A stretch of 64,000 bases of DNA from Campylobacterota bacterium (GCA_030152305.1 JASKOM010000006.1:11515-75514); one strand, 5' to 3'. Positions 41,420 to 52,076 are shown, counted from the stretch's first letter. The notes: a model not told the origin generated them from the letters alone. Program-made: numbers and translations.

Positions 41420-42553
41420 TTATTTTTGAACCCAAAAACCTGTAAATTCTGGCACTTTTGTAAAAACTTCGACATTACTATTTATTAACATTGTTCTAAT
41501 TTTTGCATACGGCGAATAACCTTTCCAAATGCCATTGACATGAATCCAAACGACTTTTGCACTGCTAAATACAGATAAATCTGTAATTTCTCCACCAAAA
41601 CCGACAAGATAATTTCCATTTGCTGGTAAAGAATTTATATAAGTTTTGAGTTGAGCTAATGATGTTGAAATTGTTGCTGATGAGGTCGAAGAAGTTGTTG
41701 TGTTATTTGTTTCTGTTGTTGTTGGAGTTGTCGCTGTTGTATTTGTTTCTGTTTTCGGTGCATCAAGAACAATTTGATCGCAACTTTTTCCACCTGAATC
41801 AACTGGAGTATATTTAAAATAATCAACGGCTAATTCAACTGGAAAATCTTTTGTTGTTATGCTATATTGATTTTCTCTTTTTAACCAATTTTTAAATACA
41901 ACTTTCATTTTTTGAGAAGACGGTGTTATTTTTACACTATTTGCAAATTCTTCTCTAAATAAAGTTCCATCAAAATACCAACTAACCGAATCTTTAAAAT
42001 AATCAATTCGATAAACATGTTGTTTTGCACTTAATTTTTCTGTTGCTGTTGCTAACATGTGATATGAACTATATAAATTATCAACTTCAGGCGATGTAGA
42101 AAAAACGGCCATATATGCTGTTGCTAATAAATCAAAGCCCATATATTCGTGATGTGTTGCATAATCGTTTCCATCCCAAATTATCGAAACTCCTTCGGCG
42201 ATTGCTTCTAAACCTCTTGATTTAATTTTGAATTCATATTTTCCATAGCCAAATTCCAAAGTTGAAGCTAATTCACTTCCTGTTGAAGTATAAGAATTTC
42301 CTTCAGAATCAGTTGTTACAACTTTTTTAACTGATAAAACAGCGGAGCCTTTTGACAATGTAATATTTTTTGATGAAAATAACGAAGCACTTACATCAAA
42401 CGAAACATTATCTGTTCCTTTCCAAGCTGAAGATAATTCTGATGAGGTAAATTCTTCAACAAAAGTTGGACTAGAACATAATTTAACGGTTTCACTATGT
42501 GCAAAAATATTTAATACTGAACCAACTAAAACTAATTTATAAAACTTTTTCAT
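41420..42553 (-). CDS. secreted GH16/concanavalin-like protein with Thr-rich linker and 65-aa C-terminal domain
   Basis: Signal peptide; FGYGKYEFKIK, HVYRIDY...WYFDG, VDYFKY strands typical of GH16; T/S linker. Confidence 0.65.
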   Translation of the reverse strand: MKKFYKLVLVGSVLNIFAHSETVKLCSSPTFVEEFTSSELSSAWKGTDNVSFDVSASLFSSKNITLSKGSAVLSVKKVVTTDSEGNSYTSTGSELASTLEFGYGKYEFKIKSRGLEAIAEGVSIIWDGNDYATHHEYMGFDLLATAYMAVFSTSPEVDNLYSSYHMLATATEKLSAKQHVYRIDYFKDSVSWYFDGTLFREEFANSVKITPSSQKMKVVFKNWLKRENQYSITTKDFPVELAVDYFKYTPVDSGGKSCDQIVLDAPKTETNTTATTPTTTETNNTTTSSTSSATISTSLAQLKTYINSLPANGNYLVGFGGEITDLSVFSSAKVVWIHVNGIWKGYSPYAKIRTMLINSNVEVFTKVPEFTGFWVQK

Positions 42554-42576
42554 TATTCAAACTTTCCTTTATATAA

Positions 42577-43083
42577 TTAAACTAATTTTGCTAATTTTAA
42601 AGCAAATTCAACTTCTGTTCGAGAAATATGTAATTCTCTAGAAATATCTTCAATTGAACGACCAGTTTTGTGAATAGCGATAATTTGTTGTGTTTTATCT
42701 ACCGAACTATTTCTATTTAAAACTGCATTTTTTAAACCATTTTCAAGAGTTAAAACTCGTGAATTTAAAGTTTTTAATTCTTCGAAATCTTTTTTCAACT
42801 GTTCAAGACTTTCTTTAAATTCAACTAATTTAAATACATCATCTTTATGTTGTTTTTCGTTATTTGTTATAAATTCTTCGATGTCATGTAAAATATCTTG
42901 TTTTTGAGATTCAAGTTCTTTACTAAAATTTTTGTTCATCGTAAAAATTTGACGATTAACAAGATCTATTTTCGAAGCAACGATTTTAAATTTTCTATTA
43001 AATTCTGTTTCTTTTAGATATATATATATTATTAAAAGAATTAATATAACACCTAGAATGACTATTAAAACTTCAGCAAACAT
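42577..43083 (-). CDS. membrane-anchored coiled-coil protein with C-terminal HTH (DUF2802/DUF6115-like)
   Basis: N-terminal TM; GRSIEDISRELHISRTEVEFALKL. Confidence 0.7.
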   Translation of the reverse strand: MFAEVLIVILGVILILLIIYIYLKETEFNRKFKIVASKIDLVNRQIFTMNKNFSKELESQKQDILHDIEEFITNNEKQHKDDVFKLVEFKESLEQLKKDFEELKTLNSRVLTLENGLKNAVLNRNSSVDKTQQIIAIHKTGRSIEDISRELHISRTEVEFALKLAKLV

Positions 43084-43596
43084 TTATTTTTTTCCTTCTC
43101 TGATCATGATTCGTTCTTTTGCTCGAAAATAGGAAGCCCAATCTTTTTCATCTCGTTCATGCATTCGTTCGATATAACATAAGCCATTTTCTAAAAATCT
43201 GAAAAAAACAGGAAATTCTCGAGGAGGATAAGTTTGTAAATTTATTCGTCCATAATATAAATTATCAACTTTTAAATTTGTGGTTTCTTGTAATTGAAAA
43301 TGTTCAAAACCGATAAAAATTACCTCATCTAAAAAATCTAATTCTTCTAACTTTTTGTCATGATTTTGATTTAAAGAATGTTCAAGTCGTTCAATTTTAC
43401 GATTTAATTCAACAAGCATATCAACAACAACTTTAAGAGAATTGTCAATTTCACCACTAGCTTTTTTTAATTTAACCCAATGACCAATAGAATCAACTTC
43501 AGCCTCACTTAGATTTAAAAATTCTTTTTCAAAAATAGTTTTATAAATAGAATACATAATTTTAATATGTGTTTTAACTAAATATGGTTTATCCAT
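43084..43596 (-). CDS. hypothetical protein
   Basis: AAGGA RBS before ATG 43596; coupled to the downstream gene. Confidence 0.65.
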   Translation of the reverse strand: MDKPYLVKTHIKIMYSIYKTIFEKEFLNLSEAEVDSIGHWVKLKKASGEIDNSLKVVVDMLVELNRKIERLEHSLNQNHDKKLEELDFLDEVIFIGFEHFQLQETTNLKVDNLYYGRINLQTYPPREFPVFFRFLENGLCYIERMHERDEKDWASYFRAKERIMIREGKK

Positions 43597-43618
43597 ATAA
43601 TAAAGATCCTTTATATAA

Positions 43619-45370
43619 TTAATTTCTTTTTTTAAGAAGATGATCTTCAAGCATTGTTTCAACAATTGATTTAAAAATAGGAACAGCTGATTGAGAAGCG
43701 AAATAATTTTCAACGATATCAACAACTGTTACACCAATTGTATAGTTTTGTTGTTCGTCATTGGCAAAACCAAAAAACGAAGAGTGATATCTTTTTACAT
43801 ATTTACCATTTTCAGCAATATGAGCAGTTCCAGTTTTACCACCAATTTCTAAACCGATAATATCAGCTCCGCTACCAGTGCCAATTTTAACAGTATCAAC
43901 AAGAATACTTTTTATTTTACGACTTGTGGCGACATCGATAATTTGGCTATTTTCAATAGTTGTAGTTTCTCGAGGAAAATCAGTAGCTATTTCATCTTTA
44001 TTTTTTAAATAGGCTACAACTTTAGGATCAACGATTTTGCCATCATTATTAAAAATATTATAAGCTCGCATCATTTGCATAAAATTGGTAGTCATTCCAT
44101 AGCCATACGATGCAGCAGTTCGATAAATATGTCGTTGTAATTCTAAAAGAGGATTAACAGAACCAACAACTTCGCGACCGATTTCAAGACCTGATTTTTT
44201 AGAAAAACCAAATTTCTGTAAGCCATTATAAAAATTCATTGGATCAAAATCTTTAACTAATTTTGCCATACCAATATTAGAACTATGAATAACAACATCT
44301 TCAACTGGAACAAGTTTCATTGGATGTTCATCGGTAATGATTCGAGTTCCAATTTTATATTTACCGTTTTCACAATTAACATATTGACCTCGCCAAATTA
44401 ATTTTTCATCTAACATAAGGGCGAAAACGATTGGTTTCATAACAGATCCAGGTTCAAAAATATATTCAACAGAACTAACATTTAAGAAGCTAATATCTCT
44501 TAAATCTTTGCGAGTGAATCGATTGCTAGTTGCAAGAGCGATAACATTTCCAGAATCACTTTCCATAACAGAAACAATAATTTCTTTAGCTCGTAAGTCT
44601 TTTTTATATTTTGAAGCTAACATTTCTAATTTTTTTTGAAGACTTAAATTTATATTTAAATAAAGATCATCACCATCAACTCGATCTTCTTTTTTTAGAT
44701 CGCCATCTAAAATGGGCATACCGCGAACATCTTTTGAACCCATTAAATAGCCATCTCGTTGAGGAGTTAAATATTCTTCGAATCGTTTTTCAAGACCTTT
44801 AACACCACGAACACGGCTATATTTGCCTTCATAAAATTCATCTGTGTAGCCAATCAAAGGAGTTAAGACATCATCATATGGATAAACTCGTTCGGCTCCA
44901 CTTTCATAAACTGAAAGACCTACATATATATTTTCTCCATTATGAACTCTGCTTGTTAATATTTTAGAAGATCTAAATTCTTCAGCTAATTTTTTTAAAC
45001 CTTGAAATTGCTGAAAAGATAATTCTTTACCAAGAATAACATTACCTTTTCGGGATCTTATTTTCTCAAGAATTTCACCTTGATCGATGCCACTATAAAT
45101 CGAAAACATTTTTGCAAAAACAGTTTCATTTTCTTTTGGAATATCTCTAGTATCGATACTAGCAGTATAAACTTTTGTTGTATAAGCTATTCGATAACCA
45201 TCAGAAGTAATAATTCCGCCTCGTTTTGCTTTATCTTTTTCTTTAATTTGAGTATTAGCTAAATCCCTTTGTCCAGTAGCAACATAAAAAAATCTACCAA
45301 ATAAAATAGATAAAAGCAATATAAATATAGAAAAAATAATCACAACTTTAGTAGATTGTTGAAGTCCCAT
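43619..45370 (-). CDS. ftsI: class B penicillin-binding protein (peptidoglycan transpeptidase)
   Basis: EPGSVMK (SxxK), HSSNIG (SxN), GGKTGTA (KTG). Confidence 0.88.
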   Translation of the reverse strand: MGLQQSTKVVIIFSIFILLLSILFGRFFYVATGQRDLANTQIKEKDKAKRGGIITSDGYRIAYTTKVYTASIDTRDIPKENETVFAKMFSIYSGIDQGEILEKIRSRKGNVILGKELSFQQFQGLKKLAEEFRSSKILTSRVHNGENIYVGLSVYESGAERVYPYDDVLTPLIGYTDEFYEGKYSRVRGVKGLEKRFEEYLTPQRDGYLMGSKDVRGMPILDGDLKKEDRVDGDDLYLNINLSLQKKLEMLASKYKKDLRAKEIIVSVMESDSGNVIALATSNRFTRKDLRDISFLNVSSVEYIFEPGSVMKPIVFALMLDEKLIWRGQYVNCENGKYKIGTRIITDEHPMKLVPVEDVVIHSSNIGMAKLVKDFDPMNFYNGLQKFGFSKKSGLEIGREVVGSVNPLLELQRHIYRTAASYGYGMTTNFMQMMRAYNIFNNDGKIVDPKVVAYLKNKDEIATDFPRETTTIENSQIIDVATSRKIKSILVDTVKIGTGSGADIIGLEIGGKTGTAHIAENGKYVKRYHSSFFGFANDEQQNYTIGVTVVDIVENYFASQSAVPIFKSIVETMLEDHLLKKRN

Positions 45371-45375
45371 ATATT

Positions 45376-45471
45376 AAAAAAGGGCAAAACCCCGAATTAG
45401 CAAGAGATTTGCAAAGGGGAGAAGCACATCTCCTTTCATGAATTAATCAATTCAGCTTATTATCGCCTTAT
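45376..45471 (-). ncRNA. candidate structured sRNA or ftsI leader (contains a 21-codon uORF)
   Basis: TGCTATAAT promoter at 45478-45486; hairpins TGAATT/AATTCA, AAAGGAGA/TCTCCCCTTT, GCAA/TTGC; then GGGGTTTTGCCC-T6. Confidence 0.45.
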
Positions 45472-45477
45472 CGAAAA

Positions 45478-45486
45478 ATTATAGCA
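45478..45486 (-). promoter_or_regulatory. extended -10 promoter
   Basis: TGCTATAAT on the minus strand. Confidence 0.6.
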
Positions 45487-45667
45487 TGTGTGTTTCTTTG
45501 AACATTTGGTGAATCAAACAAAATTATTAACACGATTATGTTAAATAATATTTATTTTTTATAAATAATTAACATGCATTTTTTATTTAATTGATTTTTT
45601 TAATAGACATTGTTATAGTTTCGTTCTTTAATATTAAAAATTAAGAAAGTAGAGTAGATTATACATA

Positions 45668-45934
45668 ATGAAAATAATCTTTTTTGGGAGTGAAATTGAC
45701 CCCAAATCGATAACAAAAGTTTACCCCGTTGCAAATATTCAATATGATAATGAAATCACAGAAATATCTTTGCAATGGCTTGATCAAAATAGCTCAAAAG
45801 TAACTATATTAAGTTATGACCTAGTTATTTATATGCAATCTAAAAGAATAAAAATAAATTTTTTAACTTTTGAACATCTAATTTCTGCTATGGAGGAGTT
45901 AAATGATCTCTTATTTAAACTCAACACACATTAA
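45668..45934 (+). CDS. hypothetical protein
   Basis: 88-aa ORF heading the ribF-lpxL run. Confidence 0.6.
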   Translation: MKIIFFGSEIDPKSITKVYPVANIQYDNEITEISLQWLDQNSSKVTILSYDLVIYMQSKRIKINFLTFEHLISAMEELNDLLFKLNTH

Positions 45935-46757
45935 AAATCATATCTATTCTCTTGCTATTGGTAGATTTAACGGTTTTCATCTTGGACATCAAACACTTTT
46001 TCGTAACCTCATCGGTAACGGTGGCATCATGATGATCGAACGAGAAAGTAAAGAATATATCTTACCTCGAGAATATTCTTACAGATTTATTGACCTGCCT
46101 ATTTTTAAATATAATTTAAATAGTGTTCGAGAATTAAGTGGTGAAGAATTTGTTAAAAAGATTTCCGAAGAGTTTCCAAATTTAAAAAGAATTGTTGTTG
46201 GTTATGATTTTCGTTTTGCCAAAAATCGCGATTCATCAGCTCTTGATTTATCTAAATTATCTAATTGTGAAGTTTTTATCGTTGATGAGGTTCTTATTGA
46301 AGGCATTTCTGTTCATTCCGCTGAAATCGTAAAAAGAATTCGATGTGGCGAAATCGAAATAGCTAATAAACTTCTTGGACGAAATTATTTAATTATTGGA
46401 CATCAAATAAAAGGTCAGGGTCTTGGCAATAAATCACTTTTGCCTACGATTAATATAAATATTGGTTCTTTTACTAAACCTATGGCTGGTTCCTATTTTT
46501 CAACAACGATTATTAATAATTATCGTTTTTCATCTGTAACTTTTGTTGGTGTTCGTAGCACCGATGGAATTGAAACTGTTGAAACTCATTTGATCGATTT
46601 TAATTATGACGAAGAAAAAAATATAAAATTTAATTTTAATGATGAGGTCCAAATAGAATTTATAAAATTTATAAGAGCAAGAGAATTATTTAATAATTTA
46701 GAAGATTTAAAAAAATCGATAATTGGAGATATAAAATTTGCAAGAAATTATTTATAG
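45903..46757 (+). CDS. ribF: bifunctional riboflavin kinase/FAD synthetase
   Basis: IGRFNGFHLGHQ, VVGYDFRF, GQGLG...PTIN, ETHL. Confidence 0.92.
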   Translation: MISYLNSTHIKNHIYSLAIGRFNGFHLGHQTLFRNLIGNGGIMMIERESKEYILPREYSYRFIDLPIFKYNLNSVRELSGEEFVKKISEEFPNLKRIVVGYDFRFAKNRDSSALDLSKLSNCEVFIVDEVLIEGISVHSAEIVKRIRCGEIEIANKLLGRNYLIIGHQIKGQGLGNKSLLPTININIGSFTKPMAGSYFSTTIINNYRFSSVTFVGVRSTDGIETVETHLIDFNYDEEKNIKFNFNDEVQIEFIKFIRARELFNNLEDLKKSIIGDIKFARNYL

Positions 46758-47607
46758 ATTAGAACAAGGAATATTTTATATTTATTGGATAATTATTAAA
46801 TTATTCGATGAAAAAGCTATTCCGTATGTAAGATTTGTTATATCAATGTTTTTTACAAGATATAAAAAAATAGTTAAAATAAATCTTGAAATAGCATTCG
46901 GAAAAGAATATTCAGAACAAAATTGGAAATTTATATTTAATAGTTGCATCGATAATTTATTATTAAATATAGCAACAGTTATAAAAAACGGTTATAAAAA
47001 TACAACAGAAAATGATATTTTACAAAAAGTTGAATTCGAAAATAAAGAAATTATTGATGAACTTTTAAATAAAGGTGAATCACTGATTTTTACTTCAGGA
47101 CATTTTAATAATTGGGAATTAATGGCAACAGCAATTTCTTTATTTATTACTCCCGCTTATGCAGTTGTTGAAAAATTAAAAAACCCTTTTTTAGATAATT
47201 TATTAGATTCAAATCGAAAAAAAATGAAAGTAAAAACTGTTCCAATGAAAGGAGCGATAAAAACATTAGTTTCAGCGATCAAACGAAAAGAATCTATTAT
47301 GTTACTTAATGACCAATCATTAAATAAAGGCTACGGAGTTGAAAAAAAATTCTTTGGCAAAGAAGCAATTCACAGTGAAACATCATCGTTTTTATCAAAA
47401 AAATATAATTCTTATATTGTGCCAACATATATATTTAAAATAGATAATAAATATAAAATAATTTTTGAAAAACCATTTAAAGCTGAAAGCATAAACGATC
47501 CTTTAGATTATGAATTAAAAATATTAGAAAGTAAAATAAAAGACAAACCAGATAATTGGCTTTGGTGTCATAGAAGATGGAAAAATAATGATGGGATATA
47601 TCGATGA
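46738..47607 (+). CDS. lipid A lauroyl/myristoyl acyltransferase (LpxL/HtrB family)
   Basis: GHFNNWE, LNDQ, PDNWLWCHRRWK. Confidence 0.88.
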   Translation: MQEIIYRLEQGIFYIYWIIIKLFDEKAIPYVRFVISMFFTRYKKIVKINLEIAFGKEYSEQNWKFIFNSCIDNLLLNIATVIKNGYKNTTENDILQKVEFENKEIIDELLNKGESLIFTSGHFNNWELMATAISLFITPAYAVVEKLKNPFLDNLLDSNRKKMKVKTVPMKGAIKTLVSAIKRKESIMLLNDQSLNKGYGVEKKFFGKEAIHSETSSFLSKKYNSYIVPTYIFKIDNKYKIIFEKPFKAESINDPLDYELKILESKIKDKPDNWLWCHRRWKNNDGIYR

Positions 47608-47703
47608 ATATTAATAAATTAATAATTAATTCGTTAATAATTATGAAATTGAAAAATATATAGAATGTGATATCATTCTTTATAACCATTTCTAGGATAG
47701 ATT

Positions 47704-47952
47704 ATGAAAACTCCAATTCGTATGTGTATCAACTGCAGAAACCGTTTTGAACAGCAAAAACTTATCAGAATGCAATGTATTCAAAAGAGATTAACGGCTT
47801 TCTCGAATAATGGCAGAAGTTTTTACATATGCAAAGAGTGTTCATCTCTAACTATAACATTAAAAAAACTAGATAAACTTTGTGGTAGTGCAAAAAATCA
47901 AAATTCTACTAGGGAGGTTTTGTTGAATATAATTGAGGAGATAAATAATTAA
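47704..47952 (+). CDS. YlxR/DUF448 family protein
   Basis: PIRMCINCR...GRSFYICKEC; directly upstream of infB. Confidence 0.85.
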   Translation: MKTPIRMCINCRNRFEQQKLIRMQCIQKRLTAFSNNGRSFYICKECSSLTITLKKLDKLCGSAKNQNSTREVLLNIIEEINN

Positions 47953-50900
47953 TGTCAAACAGAGTAAAAATAAGTGAGATAGCAAAAGAAGCTGGAAAAA
48001 ATTGGCGAGAAGTTATCTCAAAAGCTCAAGAATTAGGCATTGAAACAGTTGATAATCAACTCGTTTCCGTTGAAGATGCTGGAAAAATATTCGAAGGACT
48101 AAGAAATAATATCAAAAGTTTTAATACTAATAACAACAATAATAGAGAGTATAAAACTTATAGAACAAGAAACGACGATCGAACACCACAAGATTCAACT
48201 TCTACTTTACCAAATGGCGAACGACCAGTTAGACAAGAAAGATTCAATCGAGATGATAATCGCGGATATCGATCTGATCGACCGCAACTAGATCCAACTT
48301 CAACTTTGCCAAATGGCGAACGACCAGTTAGACAAGAAAGATTCAATCGAGATGATAATCGCGGATATAGATCTGATCGAACAGCTCAAGATCCAACTTC
48401 TACTTTACCAAATGGCGAACGACCAGTTAGACAAGAAAGATTCAATCGAGATGATAATCGCGGATATCGATCCGATCGACCGCAACTAGATCCAACTTCA
48501 ACTTTGCCAAATGGCGAACGACCAGTTAGACAAGAAAGATTCAATCGAGATGATAATCGCGGATATAGATCTGATCGAACAGCTCAAGATTCAACTTCTA
48601 CTTTACCAAATGGCGAACGACCAGTTAGACAAGAAAGATTCAATCGAGATGATAATCGCGGATATCGATCTGATCGAACAGCTCAAGATCCAACTTCTAC
48701 TTTACCAAATGGCGAACGACCAGTTAGACAAGAAAGATTCAATCGAGATGATAATCGCGGATATCGATCCGATCGACCGCAACTAGATCCAACTTCAACT
48801 TTGCCAAATGGCGAACGACCAGTTAGACAAGAAAGATTCAATCGGGATGATAGAAATCAAAACAGATTCAGAGACGACAGAAAAACTACTATTCAACAAA
48901 ACAGCGATCAACCAACATATGCTCCAGTTAAATCTGTGCTTTATGTCAAAAGTCAAGCAACATCAACCGTATCAGTTAATAACGATCCAGCAAATTCTCA
49001 ACAACTAGCTTCAGACGGTGGTCCAAAAGGTCTTAGAATTATTAAAAAAAGAAGATCTTCACTTATTTCAAAAGATGACAGTCTTGAAAATATTGTTTAT
49101 GGTAAATTATCTGAAAGTGCAAGACAAGAATTAAATCAAAAACGAGCATTAGCTAAAAAAACTTCAACAGTATCATCTTCTTCAAATAATAAAAAGAAAA
49201 ATAGTGGTGCAGAATTAAATATTTTTGAACGAGATTTTGATCATTCTAATAAATACGAAGACGATCACGAACATGAAATAGTTCTTTTAGATTATCGAGA
49301 TCCGTCTTTATTTGCTGATGAGTCTATTGATAAAAAAGATGTTGATTTAGAAGCAAAAAAAGATAAACTTAAAAAAATCGCATCAGCTAATAAAGCTCCT
49401 AAAAAAAGTAGAAATCAGCAAGAACTTGTAAAAGAGACTCGAAAAAAACGAAAACGAGTTAAAGTCGAAGAAGAAAATGTAACTAATGTTGAAGTTCCTG
49501 AAAATATTCGAGTTTATGAATTTGCTGAAATGATTAAAAAACCGCTTGGCGATGTAATTAAATCTTTATTTACTCTTGGTGTCATGGTTACAAAAAATGA
49601 CTTCTTAGATGGTGAAACTATTGAAATTCTCGCTGAAGAATATGGTATCGAAGTTGTTACAGTTGATATGACCGATGAATTTAATTATGTTCGAGATTAC
49701 GATGATATCGAAGAAAATCAAGAAGAATTTGTAATTCGTGCACCTGTTATTACGATTATGGGACATGTCGATCACGGTAAAACTTCTTTATTAGACAAAA
49801 TCAGAAGTTCAAAAGTTGCACTTGGCGAAGCTGGTGGAATTACTCAACATATTGGAGCTTACACGATTCAACACGAAGGCAATCCAATTACTTTTATTGA
49901 CACACCAGGGCATTCAGCATTTTCTGAAATGCGAAAACGAGGAGCTAGAATTACTGATATCGTTGTTATCGTAGTTGCTGGAGATGATGGTGTAAAACCA
50001 CAAACTCGAGAAGCTATTAAACATGCTCAAGATGCGGGAGTTCCTATTATTGTTGCAATGAATAAAATGGATAAAGAAGGTGCAAATGCTGATATGGTTC
50101 GTGCTCAAGTTGCTGAAACTGGTTTAACTCCTGTTGAATGGGGTGGCGAAACTGAATTTATTCCTGTTTCTGCAAAAACTGGCGATGGAATTGATACTCT
50201 TCTTGAAACTATTTTAATTCAGGCTGAAGTCTTAGAATTATCTGCTAATCCAAATCGAAATGCTAAAGCCGTTGTTATCGAAAGCACACTTGAAAAAGGT
50301 CGTGGTCCTGTTGCAACTGTTATTGTTCATAATGGAACTTTAAAAATTGGTGATAGTGTCGTCGTTGGCGAACATTACGGAAAAGTTAAGGCTCTTTTAG
50401 ATTATAATAAAAAAGCTATTTCTCAAATTGCTCCAGGTGAAACTGGTGTTGTTGTTGGTTTAAGTGGTATTCCTGCATCAGGTGAAGATTTAGTTGTAAC
50501 TGACACAGAAACTGAAGCTCGAGAACTTGCTGATAAACGACGAATTTATGAACGAAATGTTGCTCTTTCTAAAACTACAAAAGCATCTCTTGATGAATTA
50601 AGTTCGATGATTGCCGAAGGTAAATTAAAAGTTCTTAAAATTATTCTTAAAACTGATGTTCATGGAACTCTTGAAGCTATTAAACATTCACTTGAAGCTC
50701 TCAAAAATGAAGAAGTCAAAGTTTCGATAATTAGCGAAGGTGTCGGTGGAATTACTGAAAATGATGTTGTAATGGCTTCAGATTCTGAAAATATAATGAT
50801 TATCGGCTTTAATGTTCGTCCAACTGGTGTCGTAAAAAGTTTGGCTGAAAAAAATAATGTTAAGTTAAAAACTTATACGATTATTTATGAAATTCTTGAT

Positions 50901-51239
50901 GATGTTACGAACATATTAACTGGTATGATGAAACCAATCGAAGAAGAAAAACATACTGGACAAGCCGAAATTCGACAAATATTTAAAGTTCGCGATGGTG
51001 TTGTTGCTGGTTGTGTTGTTGTTGATGGTGCAATTCAAAAAGGTATTCTCGCTCGTGTTATTCGTAATGGTGTTGTTTTAGGAAATACAAATGTTGAAAG
51101 TCTAAAACGATTCAAAGATGAGGTCATGGAAGTTAAACGAGGTTTTGAATGTGGAATTTTATTAAAGAATTTTGATAATATCGCTGAAGGTGATGTTATT
51201 GAAACTTATGAAAAAGTTACTCGACAGGCTAAATTTTAA
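47952..51239 (+). CDS. infB: translation initiation factor IF-2 with expanded N-terminal repeat region
   Basis: [17 protein letters not shown]; C-terminal [19 protein letters not shown]. Confidence 0.97.
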   Translation: MSNRVKISEIAKEAGKNWREVISKAQELGIETVDNQLVSVEDAGKIFEGLRNNIKSFNTNNNNNREYKTYRTRNDDRTPQDSTSTLPNGERPVRQERFNRDDNRGYRSDRPQLDPTSTLPNGERPVRQERFNRDDNRGYRSDRTAQDPTSTLPNGERPVRQERFNRDDNRGYRSDRPQLDPTSTLPNGERPVRQERFNRDDNRGYRSDRTAQDSTSTLPNGERPVRQERFNRDDNRGYRSDRTAQDPTSTLPNGERPVRQERFNRDDNRGYRSDRPQLDPTSTLPNGERPVRQERFNRDDRNQNRFRDDRKTTIQQNSDQPTYAPVKSVLYVKSQATSTVSVNNDPANSQQLASDGGPKGLRIIKKRRSSLISKDDSLENIVYGKLSESARQELNQKRALAKKTSTVSSSSNNKKKNSGAELNIFERDFDHSNKYEDDHEHEIVLLDYRDPSLFADESIDKKDVDLEAKKDKLKKIASANKAPKKSRNQQELVKETRKKRKRVKVEEENVTNVEVPENIRVYEFAEMIKKPLGDVIKSLFTLGVMVTKNDFLDGETIEILAEEYGIEVVTVDMTDEFNYVRDYDDIEENQEEFVIRAPVITIMGHVDHGKTSLLDKIRSSKVALGEAGGITQHIGAYTIQHEGNPITFIDTPGHSAFSEMRKRGARITDIVVIVVAGDDGVKPQTREAIKHAQDAGVPIIVAMNKMDKEGANADMVRAQVAETGLTPVEWGGETEFIPVSAKTGDGIDTLLETILIQAEVLELSANPNRNAKAVVIESTLEKGRGPVATVIVHNGTLKIGDSVVVGEHYGKVKALLDYNKKAISQIAPGETGVVVGLSGIPASGEDLVVTDTETEARELADKRRIYERNVALSKTTKASLDELSSMIAEGKLKVLKIILKTDVHGTLEAIKHSLEALKNEEVKVSIISEGVGGITENDVVMASDSENIMIIGFNVRPTGVVKSLAEKNNVKLKTYTIIYEILDDVTNILTGMMKPIEEEKHTGQAEIRQIFKVRDGVVAGCVVVDGAIQKGILARVIRNGVVLGNTNVESLKRFKDEVMEVKRGFECGILLKNFDNIAEGDVIETYEKVTRQAKF
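48177..48851 (+). repeat. 99-bp (33-aa) in-frame tandem repeat, about 6.8 copies
   Basis: CCAAATGGCGAACG recurs at 48210, 48309, 48408, 48507, 48606, 48705, 48804; unit DR(TA/TP/PQ)(Q/L)D(S/P)[26 protein letters not shown]. Confidence 0.97.
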
Positions 51240-51241
51240 CA

Positions 51242-51628
51242 ATGGTTAGAGATCGCAAACAAGAAGAAAAGATAAAAAGAGAGAGAACTGAAAGTATTCT
51301 CAAGGAATTAATTCCAGAGGCTATTTCAACTCTTTCTGATGAACGAATTAGTGGAATTGGTGTCGTTAATGTTGTTTGTTCAAAAGGACGAGATGATGCA
51401 AGAGTTTATCTTGACCCTGTTGCAGTTTCTAAAGAAGAACGAGGAGCAGTTATCAGACAACTTTCAAAAGCTAGAGGTTTAATCGAAGAATATTGTGCAT
51501 CTGAACAGGGGTGGTTTCGAACCCCTCAATTAACTTTTTTATTTGATGAAACTTTACAACATGAAAGACGAATGGATAAACTTTTTAAAAAAGCAAGAAA
51601 GGAAATCAATGGCATTAACAAAGATTGA
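51242..51628 (+). CDS. rbfA: ribosome-binding factor A
   Basis: ERTESILKELIPEA...DARVYL...RTPQLTFLFD; follows infB. Confidence 0.92.
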   Translation: MVRDRKQEEKIKRERTESILKELIPEAISTLSDERISGIGVVNVVCSKGRDDARVYLDPVAVSKEERGAVIRQLSKARGLIEEYCASEQGWFRTPQLTFLFDETLQHERRMDKLFKKARKEINGINKD

Positions 51629-52076
51629 AGAATCTCTTCAGAAAATAATCGAAGCTGATAATGAAATTATATTTTATGACACAGCCGTATTAAAAGAAAA
51701 TGAAACAACGATTTTTCGAGTTATGATAAAACGGAAAAATGGCAATGTTTCGATTGAAGATTGTGTAAAAGTTCATGATTTAATTAGCCCTTTTTTAGAT
51801 GTCGAAGAACCTTTAAACGGAAATTATAATCTTGAAGTTAGTTCTCCAGGTTTAGAAAGAAAACTAGAAAAACTTATACATTGGAGTTTATCAATTGGTG
51901 AAGATTTAGAAATTACATTAAAAGATAAAACACAATTATCAGGCAAATTAATATCTTATAACAACGAAAATTACACAGCCAGAATTATTCAAGAAGATGG
52001 CAATGAACAAGAAATTATATTAGCTAATATAAAAAAAGCTTTAGTTATATATAAATTTTTAGGAGCAAAAAAATGA
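51609..52076 (+). CDS. rimP: ribosome maturation factor RimP
   Basis: VSIEDC...LEVSSPGLERKL; AAGGA RBS before ATG 51609. Confidence 0.93.
   Translation: MALTKIEESLQKIIEADNEIIFYDTAVLKENETTIFRVMIKRKNGNVSIEDCVKVHDLISPFLDVEEPLNGNYNLEVSSPGLERKLEKLIHWSLSIGEDLEITLKDKTQLSGKLISYNNENYTARIIQEDGNEQEIILANIKKALVIYKFLGAKK

Noticed and set aside
45378-45425. Plus-strand GGGCAAAACC...GCAAAG as a c-di-GMP-I riboswitch
   Set aside because: It lacks the GNRA-capped P2 and matching P3, and lies far from any plus-strand start; the minus-strand leader reading fits better.
48177-48851. Regularly spaced repeats as a CRISPR array
   Set aside because: Units are contiguous 99-bp in-frame coding repeats inside infB, with no unique spacers and no cas genes.
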